Position numbers and translations under genes: made by a program. Of a DNA stretch of 34,042 bases, positions 7,464-15,710 are shown piece by piece. Position 1 is the first letter of the stretch. Every line of letters starts with the position of its first letter. The stretch comes from an uncultured virus (IMG/VR IMGVR_UViG_3300011587_000017) (Duplodnaviria; Heunggongvirae; Uroviricota; Caudoviricetes): the IMG/VR virus record IMGVR_UViG_3300011587_000017, positions 62,001 through 96,042 of that record; one strand, 5' to 3'. Under the pieces are notes generated by a model, which did not search any database, was not told where the DNA came from, and was given only the letters and a program-made list of their open reading frames with translations.

Positions 7464-7697
7464 ATGAAAACCTTTATACTTCTGGCCTTTGTTTGGGGTG
7501 CTTCGCCCTCTCCTGACGTCTATGTCATTGACCACGGCCTTACAGGCGAAGATTGCATAGCCGGCCTCATAAACCCGCCGAAAGTGGGTTATGATGAAGA
7601 TGGTAAGGCTTTTGACGTCTCCACGGCAGAGATTGCTTGTGAACTGGATATCGACCCCGAGGAGCCTTGCAACTGCATTCTTGATGAGGATGATTAA
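7464..7697 (+). CDS. Small acidic hypothetical protein with a hydrophobic N-terminus
   Basis: 77 aa; preceded by the motif; Cys-containing, acidic tail. Confidence 0.7.
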   Translation: MKTFILLAFVWGASPSPDVYVIDHGLTGEDCIAGLINPPKVGYDEDGKAFDVSTAEIACELDIDPEEPCNCILDEDD

Positions 7698-7699
7698 GC

Positions 7700-7942
7700 A
7701 TGGCGGAACAGTTTGACACAATGCTGTTTGCTAAAGCGCTGGTAAAGCGCGGCATGTCCTCAAAGGACGCTATAGCCCTTGCGATTGAAGCTAAGGCGCA
7801 TATAGTGGATAGCATGGCAACGAAAACCGACCTTAGAACAGAGATTGCAAACAGTGAAATGCGGATGACTATTCGCATCGGCGGAATGTTTATCGTTGCC
7901 GTAACTGTAATCTTGGCGGTTTTGCCCTTTCTCCTGAAGTGA
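7700..7942 (+). CDS. DUF1640/CCDC90-like membrane-anchored protein
   Basis: FDTMLFAKALVKRGM...MATKTDL...C-terminal TM helix. Confidence 0.75.
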   Translation: MAEQFDTMLFAKALVKRGMSSKDAIALAIEAKAHIVDSMATKTDLRTEIANSEMRMTIRIGGMFIVAVTVILAVLPFLLK

Positions 7943-8063
7943 ACGGCGCGGCCTTCAGGCCGCCCACTATCAAGCCTCTTTGCCATGGGCGCGGATGTGC
8001 CCCTGTCATGGCGCCTTGACGCCTTCAACCGGGCTATATGCCCACGACCGCAAGGAAAATACG

Positions 8064-8696
8064 ATGTCTACTGTTTCCGTTAATGCCCGCCTGTTTCGTG
8101 CCGTTGCCGCTTTCGTCTCGTCGGATGAAGCGCGCTATTACCTGCAAGGCGTTCATATCGAACCCCATGCGAAAGGCGGCGTCATCATGGTCGCGACAGA
8201 CGGGCAGAAGCTCATGTGCGTATGGGACAAAGACGGCGCGATGAAGGGCGAAAATCCAATCGTGAAACTTGACAAGGCCGCGCTGAATGCCTGCAAAGCG
8301 GTTCGCGGCGAACAGGGAGACCGCCGAATTCTCATTGAAGGCAAGACCGCGACAATTCAGGACCACGAACACAATCCGGTTGCGACCGCTTACAACGTTC
8401 TGATTGACGGAACTTATCCATCATGGCGGCGAGTAATGCCTAACGTTCAAAACCCAGCGCCGTCAGCCTATGACGCCAAGTATCTTTCAATGTTCGGAGA
8501 CGCTTGCGGCGTTCTGCGCGATGATAAATGTAGCCAGATTTCACTTTATGGCGATGCAGACGGAGCGGCAATTGTGCGTTTTTCTAACATTGATTTTGCG
8601 TTCGGCCTACTGATGCCGCTGCGGTTCAACGGCGGCACGGGCTTGCCTGCCTTCATGAACGACCCCGAAGTCGAAAAGCCCGCTCAAGCCGCATAA
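8064..8696 (+). CDS. DNA polymerase III beta-clamp-like domain protein (210 aa)
   Basis: EARYYLQGVHIE...MVATDGQKL...IDGTYPSWRRVMP...LLMPLR resemble the DnaN middle and C-terminal domains. Start moved to ATG 8064. Confidence 0.7.
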   Translation: MSTVSVNARLFRAVAAFVSSDEARYYLQGVHIEPHAKGGVIMVATDGQKLMCVWDKDGAMKGENPIVKLDKAALNACKAVRGEQGDRRILIEGKTATIQDHEHNPVATAYNVLIDGTYPSWRRVMPNVQNPAPSAYDAKYLSMFGDACGVLRDDKCSQISLYGDADGAAIVRFSNIDFAFGLLMPLRFNGGTGLPAFMNDPEVEKPAQAA

Positions 8697-8797
8697 CGCA
8701 AGCCGCTTTTATCATAGGCGGGCAACCGTTCCGCCTATGCCATGGCCGCTTGTGGCTCAATTTGGGGCTTGCCCCACGACTGAACAGGAAAACGACC

Positions 8798-10285
8798 ATG
8801 CACATTGATGCAACTTATTCCCCTGAAGATGACAAAATCCGCCTCTACGCCACGTCACGACTGGACGCGGAAACATATGCAAGAGTGAAGGCGGCGGGCT
8901 TCAAGTGGGCACCGAAACAAGAATTATTCGTAGCTCCCAAATGGACTCCAGCCCGAGAAGATTTGGCCGTCGAGTTGGCTGGCGATATCCAAGCGGAAGA
9001 AATGACGCTTGCTGAACGGGCGGAGATCAAGGCCGAACGGCTGGAGGAATTGGCGCAAAAGCGGAACCGTGAAGCGGCGTCGATGAGCCGTTACGCTGAC
9101 GAACTTTCACAAGCTTTCTATATGGGGCAACCTATCCTCATTGGGCACCATAGCGAGCGCAAAGCCCGTAAGACGCAAGAACGTATGCACGCGGCACAAG
9201 GAAAATCCGTGAAGGCGGAAAAGGCCGCAAACTATTGGCTTTATCGTGCAACAGGCGTTGAATGTTTCGCCAATATGAAGAATGACCCGCGAACCCGCGC
9301 CAATCGAATCAAGACTCTACTCGCTGAATTGCGAGACCTGCAGCGCGACATTAACAGGGCACATAATACGCTAGATATTTGGGCAAAGTTCACGACTGAC
9401 GAACAGATTCGCCACGCGCTAGGCTGGTTGGACTCCCGCGATACAATGTCGGGTTGGGAAACCTTTTCAAAGGTTGATAAAGGTGAACTGGCACCATCTG
9501 AAGCCCGTTTGAAATGCATTGCCAATGCTGAGAACCTTATCAATGGCCCTAACCGCAAACGTTGCATTGAACACATTCTGAATCGTCTTGCGTTTGAACG
9601 TTCTATGCTTGGTGACGTTCCAAGATTTAACGGTGAATTGACGCCTGTCATCATTCAGGCGTTCGCCCGTGAACACGGCGCGGAAAAGCCGAAATGCACC
9701 ATTGCCGATGAAGGTTTTTATTTGCTGGAGTCGCCGGTCCCATTGCCAGCTCACATCAGTGAGAATTCATGGCTTGAGCTGAGCGGCGATGAGTGGCGCG
9801 ATGTTATGCAGGCGTGCGGTTATACCGTGCCAACGCCAAAGCCGCGCCGTGTATCCAGCAAGCCCGCGCCTGTTAGCTTGATCAATCCAACGCCGGAACA
9901 AGCGGAACAATTGCAGCGCATTTGGAACCTGCACATGCGTGCAGCGTGTCAGGGGCAATCATTTGTTACGCCGAAAGAGAATGCAGTCAGGGGGATTACA
10001 CAAGACATTTATTCACGCAATTCGAAGGGCGCATATTCGAAATATGAAACTGTCGAGATTGGCGCGGACGGTCGCCGCATTGAATGGAAATGGTTGCGTA
10101 TGGAACGTGTTTTGTCCGGTACGCCGGTTGCACGCATCCGCATTTATAGCGGCGGTTATGAAACCCATAAGCCGCGTGCGGTTGTGCAAATTACTGACAA
10201 GCCGTCAAAGGCGCTTCCAATTGACCTTGACGCTATTGAGCGTGAAGCGCTCGCAGCTATCACGGAAAAGGAGTCGGCGGCATGA
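8798..10285 (+). CDS. DUF3560 domain protein
   Basis: ATYSPEDDKIRLY...GFKWAPKQELFVAPKWTP...GQPILIGHHSERKARK. Start ATG 8798, after the motif. Confidence 0.8.
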   Translation: MHIDATYSPEDDKIRLYATSRLDAETYARVKAAGFKWAPKQELFVAPKWTPAREDLAVELAGDIQAEEMTLAERAEIKAERLEELAQKRNREAASMSRYADELSQAFYMGQPILIGHHSERKARKTQERMHAAQGKSVKAEKAANYWLYRATGVECFANMKNDPRTRANRIKTLLAELRDLQRDINRAHNTLDIWAKFTTDEQIRHALGWLDSRDTMSGWETFSKVDKGELAPSEARLKCIANAENLINGPNRKRCIEHILNRLAFERSMLGDVPRFNGELTPVIIQAFAREHGAEKPKCTIADEGFYLLESPVPLPAHISENSWLELSGDEWRDVMQACGYTVPTPKPRRVSSKPAPVSLINPTPEQAEQLQRIWNLHMRAACQGQSFVTPKENAVRGITQDIYSRNSKGAYSKYETVEIGADGRRIEWKWLRMERVLSGTPVARIRIYSGGYETHKPRAVVQITDKPSKALPIDLDAIEREALAAITEKESAA

Positions 10286-10884
10286 ACCCAAATGTTTACA
10301 AGCGCCCCAATAAACCAAGGTTTGTTTCTGTCAAACAGCGCGACGATTTTGCGCCAATTGCCAAAGCTGAACCTATCGAGATTATCGCTGTAGACAAGGC
10401 TACTGAGTGCCATGTCACGCCTGATGATGTAGCTGACCGCATGGTCGGCTACTTAGGGCCGACGGGCGATTACCTGACGCTCGAACCAAGCGCCGGAACC
10501 GGTCAGCTCACAAAGGCGCTTTTACGGTCTGGACATAGTCAGTTCGAAATAACCCAGATCGAACGGCACATTAAGCTCGCGGCGGGCCTGCACAAATTTG
10601 GCCCCGTAATTAACCGCTGCTTTCTCGAATATGCGTCTGAAGCCAATGGGAAAGTTGAATTCCCGCGGGTGATAATGAACCCGCCTTTTCGGGAAGTCAG
10701 AAAACACATCGCCGCAGCCTTGAGTCTAATGGGTCGCAATGGGCACGAGTGCGCGCCATGCTTGGTGGCACTTGTACCGGTCACGTTTGAGCACTCGGGC
10801 GCCGAACTATTGGAAGTTCTTTCACCTGACACGTTTGCGACGGCGAAGGTTAACACCAAGATAATTCGTATCGTGAAAGGCTGA
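10282..10884 (+). CDS. SAM-dependent amino (N6A/N4C) DNA methyltransferase-like
   Basis: TPDDVA, LEPSAGTG (motif I), MNPPF (motif IV); ATGA overlap with the DUF3560 gene. Confidence 0.8.
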   Translation: MNPNVYKRPNKPRFVSVKQRDDFAPIAKAEPIEIIAVDKATECHVTPDDVADRMVGYLGPTGDYLTLEPSAGTGQLTKALLRSGHSQFEITQIERHIKLAAGLHKFGPVINRCFLEYASEANGKVEFPRVIMNPPFREVRKHIAAALSLMGRNGHECAPCLVALVPVTFEHSGAELLEVLSPDTFATAKVNTKIIRIVKG

Positions 10885-10888
10885 TTCA

Positions 10889-11185
10889 ATGCTGAATTTC
10901 ACAAGCGACCAACTTTTCAACTGTTGCACGCGCTTTGCTCCTCCTGACTGGTCCGAGTTGGTAAGTCTGGAATTGGGCGCTTGCCGCACTGAAAGCCAAG
11001 AGAACGGCGACGAATTCACAATCGGCGGTCTGGATCGCGACAAAGCGGAATTCTTCACTGTCTACGCTCGTGACAAGGAAGGCTATGCAGACGCAATAAC
11101 CGATATCCCGAAATTCTTCGCCGGTTGCCTCATCATGGCGGAACTATCCCGCATAAGCGGCCTTCCCGCCTCTGTAGTCTGCTGA
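10889..11185 (+). CDS. Hypothetical protein
   Basis: 98 aa, tightly packed in the operon. Confidence 0.65.
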   Translation: MLNFTSDQLFNCCTRFAPPDWSELVSLELGACRTESQENGDEFTIGGLDRDKAEFFTVYARDKEGYADAITDIPKFFAGCLIMAELSRISGLPASVVC

Positions 11186-11226
11186 ATTAACCCGCGCTCT
11201 AGCGCACGACTGAAAAGAGAAAAACA

Positions 11227-11361
11227 ATGATCCGTGATTTTATCAGCCTTTGCGCTGTTGTTTCCTTCGTGACCGTTTTCACGCTCTGGGCTTCCGTTGC
11301 CACAAGCTCCAACGTCACTGAACAGCGCCCACAGTTTGCACAGGTGGAGGACTCGAAATGA
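11227..11361 (+). CDS. Small membrane peptide (44 aa)
   Basis: Manual translation MIRDFISLCAVVSFVTVFTLWASVATSS...; preceded by the motif; ATGA overlap with the next gene. Confidence 0.65.
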   Translation: MIRDFISLCAVVSFVTVFTLWASVATSSNVTEQRPQFAQVEDSK

Positions 11362-11603
11362 AAATTTATTCAGTAGGCGTCACGATTTACGCCACCGTTT
11401 ACGTGCGAGGCGAGTCTGCCGAGTCCGCGCACGAGACAGCCGGCGAGTTGCGCAATTTGGCTGTGGAGGTTGAAGGCGATGACCACAACCTGTTCTGCGG
11501 CTTTGAATTCAACAATCCGGAACTGCCTGCACTCAGTATTAGTCCTTGCGTCACCATTGGTGACTTGGAGCCAGTTGCCAGCGTTGAAGAGGTGGCAGAA
11601 TGA
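11358..11603 (+). CDS. Small acidic hypothetical protein
   Basis: 81 aa; SD GGAGG. Confidence 0.7.
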   Translation: MKIYSVGVTIYATVYVRGESAESAHETAGELRNLAVEVEGDDHNLFCGFEFNNPELPALSISPCVTIGDLEPVASVEEVAE

Positions 11604-11869
11604 GACAGAATCGCGTGCCTGTTATGATGTCAGATGTCGAGTTGGCGTCGATAGATGAATGGCGCTGGCAGAACCGTATATCGACCCGCTCCGAAGCGAT
11701 CCGCCAGCTGTGCACCAAAAGCCTTGATGCTGACGATTTACTCGAAGCAATGCTGAATGCTGAGCGCTTTATTCGCGGCTTCGAAGACGACGAATTGCAG
11801 GAAGGCGTTACCGAACTGCTGGAACAATTGCGGTCAGTAATAGCCGATGCGGGAGGTAAGCCGACATGA
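11600..11869 (+). CDS. CopG/ribbon-helix-helix protein
   Basis: RVPVMMSDVELASIDEWR...TRSEAIRQL. Confidence 0.7.
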   Translation: MRQNRVPVMMSDVELASIDEWRWQNRISTRSEAIRQLCTKSLDADDLLEAMLNAERFIRGFEDDELQEGVTELLEQLRSVIADAGGKPT

Positions 11870-12060
11870 GACGCCAAAAGCTGTCCGTGGGCGACCGGAT
11901 CACCTTTAAGGCTGCAACTCGCGCAGGTAAGCCAAAACTGACGAGGGTAGTAAACGGATTTTGGGGCGATGGCCGGCCTACTGTGAGGGCTCACGGATAT
12001 GCTGACTTTGTCGTTAGCTGGAAAGAGATCCCAGCAATTCAACCTGTTGCCCAACGTTGA
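11866..12060 (+). CDS. Hypothetical protein
   Basis: 64 aa; SD GGAGGT; ATGA overlap. Confidence 0.65.
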   Translation: MRRQKLSVGDRITFKAATRAGKPKLTRVVNGFWGDGRPTVRAHGYADFVVSWKEIPAIQPVAQR

Positions 12061-12140
12061 TTGCTCTTAATGACGTTCAATATCTGCTATTGAGAATGTA
12101 AAATGCATTGAATCGAAATAGCCAACCGAAAGGAAACGGG

Positions 12141-12449
12141 ATGGCATACAAAGTCTATAAAAAGAACATGAGCCCGCAGGATTTCAGCGAGGCTCTAAAC
12201 GACGCAGGCATTACGCTTGACGACTTCGTAAAGCTGACAGGCAGGCATAGAGCACAGGCTCATCGGTATCTAACCGGAGAAGATGAGTCAGGCCCAACGC
12301 TAGCTGAAATTGTGATCGTTGAATTTCTAGCCGATAACCCCGGCCTCGTTCAGCCGATGCTAGAAATTGCGGCAGAATGGACAGACGCCGAACGGGAAAA
12401 CAGTGTTCCCAGAACTGAAGCTAGAAGAGCCAAGTTCGATAATAACTAA
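12141..12449 (+). CDS. HTH-like DNA-binding protein
   Basis: MSPQDFSEALNDAGITLDDFVKLTGRHRAQAHRYLTG; SD AAGGA before ATG 12141. Confidence 0.65.
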   Translation: MAYKVYKKNMSPQDFSEALNDAGITLDDFVKLTGRHRAQAHRYLTGEDESGPTLAEIVIVEFLADNPGLVQPMLEIAAEWTDAERENSVPRTEARRAKFDNN

Positions 12450-12485
12450 TCCGGCGCGTGCGCCACGACCGAAAGGAAAAACCAA

Positions 12486-13952
12486 ATGCATATCAATATC
12501 GGACAAACCAGCCTCAATCAGTTCGTCTCCCTGCCCCTCAAATTGGCCAACCGTCATGGCGTCATTGCTGGAGCCACTGGCACCGGCAAGACCGTGACAA
12601 TGCAGGCAATGATTGAACAGTTTTCCCGCGCTGGCGTGCCAGTCTTTGCCGCCGACATCAAAGGCGATCTCTCTGGAATCGCTGTAAAAGGCCAGCCAGG
12701 TGTCATTGCTGAGCGCTATGCCGAAATGGTCGGTTCTTACACTCCAGACGCGTGCCCGGTTCAATTCTGGGATATCTATGGTGACCATGGTGCTCCGATC
12801 CGCACATCCGTACAGGAAATGGGAACACAACTGCTTTCCACAATGCTGCAGTTAAATAATACGCAGTCCGGTGCGCTCGAAATAGCCTTTCGGATTGCAG
12901 AAGATGACAGAAGTTATCTTCTCACACTTAATGATTTGCGCTGGACGCTAAACGCCATGCTTGAGGAGCGCGAAGATGTAAGCCAGCGTTATGGCAATGT
13001 CACGGCTTCATCGATATCCGCAATTCAGCGCAATATTCTTACACTGGAAGCACAGGGCTGCGACAAGCTGTTTGGCGAGCCGCCCTTTGAGATTGCCGAT
13101 TTTCTGCGTATCGATGACAGCGGCCGTGGAGTGGTTAATCTTCTTGACGCGACGCAGCTAATTGAAGCGCCGCGAGCATATGCAATGCTGTTGCTGTTCT
13201 TGCTCACCAAACTGTTCAGGGAATTGCCGGAAGTCGGAGATTTGGACAAGCCAAAACTGGTTTTCTTCTTCGATGAGGCTCATCTGCTGTTCAAAGACGC
13301 GCCTAAGCCGCTTCTCGAAAGCATCGAACGGCTTGTGCGTCTGGTCCGATCGAAAGGCGTCGGCGTATTTTTTGCCTCTCAGGCCGCTTCCGACATTCCG
13401 GAGACAGTTCTGGCACAGCTCGGCACCCGAATTCAGCATGCCTTGCGGGCATACACACCTTCGGCTCAGCGGATGGTGAAAGCAACTGTAGCAGCTTTCC
13501 GGGTCAATTCGGCTCTCGACACATCCGCTGCTATTACTTCGATGGGAATTGGCGAAGCGCTCGTCTCCGTCATGAGTGAAGGCAATATCCCCTCGCCAGT
13601 TGAACGCGTCCGCATCTTACCACCGCGCGCGCAGGTCGGGCCGATCAGCAGCGAGCTACGTTCTGACTTGCTCCAGAAATCCGAGGAATATCTCAAGTTC
13701 TCCGAAGACTTACCCGACTTTGAACAGGCAGGGGTGTTTCGCAATCGGATGCTTGTGAAGAGAGGATTCCAACCAATGGAAGTGGACGTGAAATCCCCGC
13801 CCGCACCAGCGAATTGGCAGGAAATCTACGCTCCATTAGAGGAAATCAGCGACTTCCGCCCTCCTCGCAAACCAAGGTATGCTCTTCGGTTCTTTGTGGT
13901 ATGTGGAATGTTGTCGTTAACGCTAATCACTTTATCCTTTTGGATTCAGTAA
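12486..13952 (+). CDS. DUF853 (YjgR-like) HerA/FtsK-superfamily ATPase with C-terminal TM helix
   Basis: ANRHGVIAGATGTGKT, ADIKGDLSG, PEVGDLDKPKLVFFFDEAHLLF, RSKGVGVFF, QLGTRIQHALRAYTP. Confidence 0.9.
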   Translation: MHINIGQTSLNQFVSLPLKLANRHGVIAGATGTGKTVTMQAMIEQFSRAGVPVFAADIKGDLSGIAVKGQPGVIAERYAEMVGSYTPDACPVQFWDIYGDHGAPIRTSVQEMGTQLLSTMLQLNNTQSGALEIAFRIAEDDRSYLLTLNDLRWTLNAMLEEREDVSQRYGNVTASSISAIQRNILTLEAQGCDKLFGEPPFEIADFLRIDDSGRGVVNLLDATQLIEAPRAYAMLLLFLLTKLFRELPEVGDLDKPKLVFFFDEAHLLFKDAPKPLLESIERLVRLVRSKGVGVFFASQAASDIPETVLAQLGTRIQHALRAYTPSAQRMVKATVAAFRVNSALDTSAAITSMGIGEALVSVMSEGNIPSPVERVRILPPRAQVGPISSELRSDLLQKSEEYLKFSEDLPDFEQAGVFRNRMLVKRGFQPMEVDVKSPPAPANWQEIYAPLEEISDFRPPRKPRYALRFFVVCGMLSLTLITLSFWIQ

Positions 13953-14036
13953 ATTAGTTGATAAGAATTCTTAACAATGCCCATCACAAGCCACCCATCA
14001 CGAAGTGTAAATTGACTTTAATATGTCGTCATGAAA

Positions 14037-14222
14037 TGACCGTTACGGGTGCTGAACACAGGTATGTAGGCGGACAACGAACCTGAGATGGTGGTGTTAA
14101 TACAGCAGTGATTGCTTCGGTTTATCCCGAAGTGAGATCTGCACCGGGTGGTGTATTAAATTACAATATTCGGGTTGGGATAAGTCGAGGGCGTGCCTAC
14201 GCCGTGTTCAGAAATCCGGTCA
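14037..14222 (+). ncRNA. Putative ~185-nt rod-like hairpin RNA or structured leader
   Basis: Nested helices TGACCG/CGGTCA, CTGAACAC/GTGTTCAG, GTAGGCG/TGCCTAC, AACCTGA/TCGGGTT, TTAATACA/TGTATTAA, CTTCGG/CCGAAG; TTGACT at 14012. Confidence 0.6.
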
Positions 14223-14258
14223 GTATTGGCCGTTTTTGAATAAATGTAGGAAAAATTC

Positions 14259-14615
14259 ATGTCTGACGTAAATCATCGTCCGGCGTTGTCGTCACACGCC
14301 CTCGCCTTTGATGAATTCTTAAAACTGCCGTTCGTTCGTAGTCGCCCTAACGATGGAGCTCCGATTAATCGTTGGGTGCCGCCTGCAGGTTTGTCGTACG
14401 TCGATGCAAGCCGAACCGGCAAAACGTTCGCAGATGAATTCATGAACTATCTGCAGGATCATCCGAGTGAGATCGGAAGCAATAAATTAGGACTGATCGC
14501 ATCGGATATCGATTACAGCAACCCTTATACAAAGGGGTTCTGGGTCGGGTTCTTTGCAAGGATTGAAGTTTTAGCGACCAAGGTTTCTTCGAGAAATAAG
14601 CGGGCCGACGAGTAA
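14259..14615 (+). CDS. Hypothetical protein (moron-like)
   Basis: 118 aa; SD AGGA; has its own upstream region and a downstream terminator. Confidence 0.75.
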   Translation: MSDVNHRPALSSHALAFDEFLKLPFVRSRPNDGAPINRWVPPAGLSYVDASRTGKTFADEFMNYLQDHPSEIGSNKLGLIASDIDYSNPYTKGFWVGFFARIEVLATKVSSRNKRADE

Positions 14616-14622
14616 TCGGCAT

Positions 14623-14650
14623 AAGAAAAGGGGCGGTTTCCCGCCCCTGT
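14623..14650. terminator. Terminator between convergent genes
   Basis: AGGGGCGG-TTTC-CCGCCCCT with an A-tract on the left (U-tract for the minus-strand transcript). Confidence 0.75.
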
Positions 14651-15097
14651 TCACCATGCCTCAATTCCAGCTTCGTTGAGAATGCCTGCAATTTTGTCGG
14701 CGCCGTTATCCCTTTGTCGGCGAAACGTCGAATAAGGTATCTTCACTCTGTTGCATGCCGTTTTAGCTTGCACCTTGCGAACATCCCACATCACCGACAA
14801 CATCAGGCACCGTTTAAATCCCGGCTGTGCATTGAGAAGTCTGGGCCAAGCCTCAATGTGTTCGTTGCCATACAAAACCAGATCTTTCTGACTGACCTCA
14901 TGTGGCTTCCAGCGCTTTGGCCGTTTCTCGTCCGATTTAGCACTTGGCTGCGCCCATATTGGCCAATCATCGAACATTTCAGGCCAAAACCCTTTGCCGC
15001 CTTTTGGCTTCCAGCTTCCGCCAATGGCTTCCTCAATGGTCCAAGCCTTGACGAGCGCGGCTCGTACTGATTTTCCATCCCAGATGAGATCCCTCAT
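14651..15097 (-). CDS. Candidate late-gene regulator (Q-position protein with C-terminal HTH)
   Basis: Last gene of the cro operon; AKTACNRVKIPYSTFRRQRDNGADKIA HTH-like end. Confidence 0.55.
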   Translation of the reverse strand: MRDLIWDGKSVRAALVKAWTIEEAIGGSWKPKGGKGFWPEMFDDWPIWAQPSAKSDEKRPKRWKPHEVSQKDLVLYGNEHIEAWPRLLNAQPGFKRCLMLSVMWDVRKVQAKTACNRVKIPYSTFRRQRDNGADKIAGILNEAGIEAW

Positions 15098-15438
15098 TTA
15101 CTGAACCTCCCATCTGTTACTGCTTGGTACAAATCATCTTGTGCGGCCGAGATTACCACTCGCCGAATGAATTCTTCTGGCGGGATTCCGATACGCAACG
15201 CTCTCCTGCTTATGAGCCTCCGCTCCTGGTACGACATCGGCACATTGATGAAGACAAGCTTCTGAGCTCGCCCGTGGCTGGGTAAGCGCCAGTTATACCA
15301 CTGGCGCCGTATAGTATGGGAAGTCGTGCCGTCAGCTAGGATCTCAGCAATTTCCCTAGATGAGCGGCCCTTACCCGTCCAGAAGCCGACATGAGCCGAT
15401 TTGGCATTGTTCCATCGTTTCCGCTTTGGGGCCTTCAT
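15094..15438 (-). CDS. Hypothetical DNA-binding protein
   Basis: GRSSREIAEILADGTT HTH-like segment; ATGA overlaps. Confidence 0.65.
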   Translation of the reverse strand: MKAPKRKRWNNAKSAHVGFWTGKGRSSREIAEILADGTTSHTIRRQWYNWRLPSHGRAQKLVFINVPMSYQERRLISRRALRIGIPPEEFIRRVVISAAQDDLYQAVTDGRFSK

Positions 15439-15710
15439 CGTGCCGATCCTTGTTTTTCGGCTGGTTTAAACAGCGCCTCTGCTTTCTTTCTGTGCGAGAG
15501 AATGACCTCACCGCCTCGTTTGTAATCCCCGTTGAGATACTTCAACAGGCTAGCAACAGCGGCCTCTAACGCCGCATCCTTGCTAGGATAAATGATGGGT
15601 TTTGCACCCTTCCCTAAGATTGGCTTTGGGCGGCCGTCACGCGGCATGCGCGTCATTGCCCAATAGCAGCCGCCTGGCAGCGGCCGTGCGTAACATGCAA
15701 ACTGATTCAC
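15435..15710 (-). CDS. Hypothetical protein
   Basis: 91 aa; overlaps the flanking genes by 4 nt. Confidence 0.65.
   Translation of the reverse strand: MNQFACYARPLPGGCYWAMTRMPRDGRPKPILGKGAKPIIYPSKDAALEAAVASLLKYLNGDYKRGGEVILSHRKKAEALFKPAEKQGSAR

Larger units (their letters stand above)
6778..12476 (+). repeat. Dispersed start-associated motif: GC hairpin + ACGAC(C/T) + G(C/A)A(A/C) mini-hairpin/SD, about 8 copies
   Basis: Core positions 6778 (variant), 6820 (variant), 6848, 7442, 8044, 8776, 11206, 12465. Six copies lie 20-22 nt before an ATG. Confidence 0.85.

Noticed and set aside
6778..12476. Start-associated motif read as a CRISPR or attC array
   Set aside because: Units are short, separated by whole genes and conserved in structure rather than sequence; no cas or integron integrase in the window and no attC core sites.
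14037..14222. Retron msr-msd interpretation of the long hairpin
   Set aside because: No reverse transcriptase in the window.
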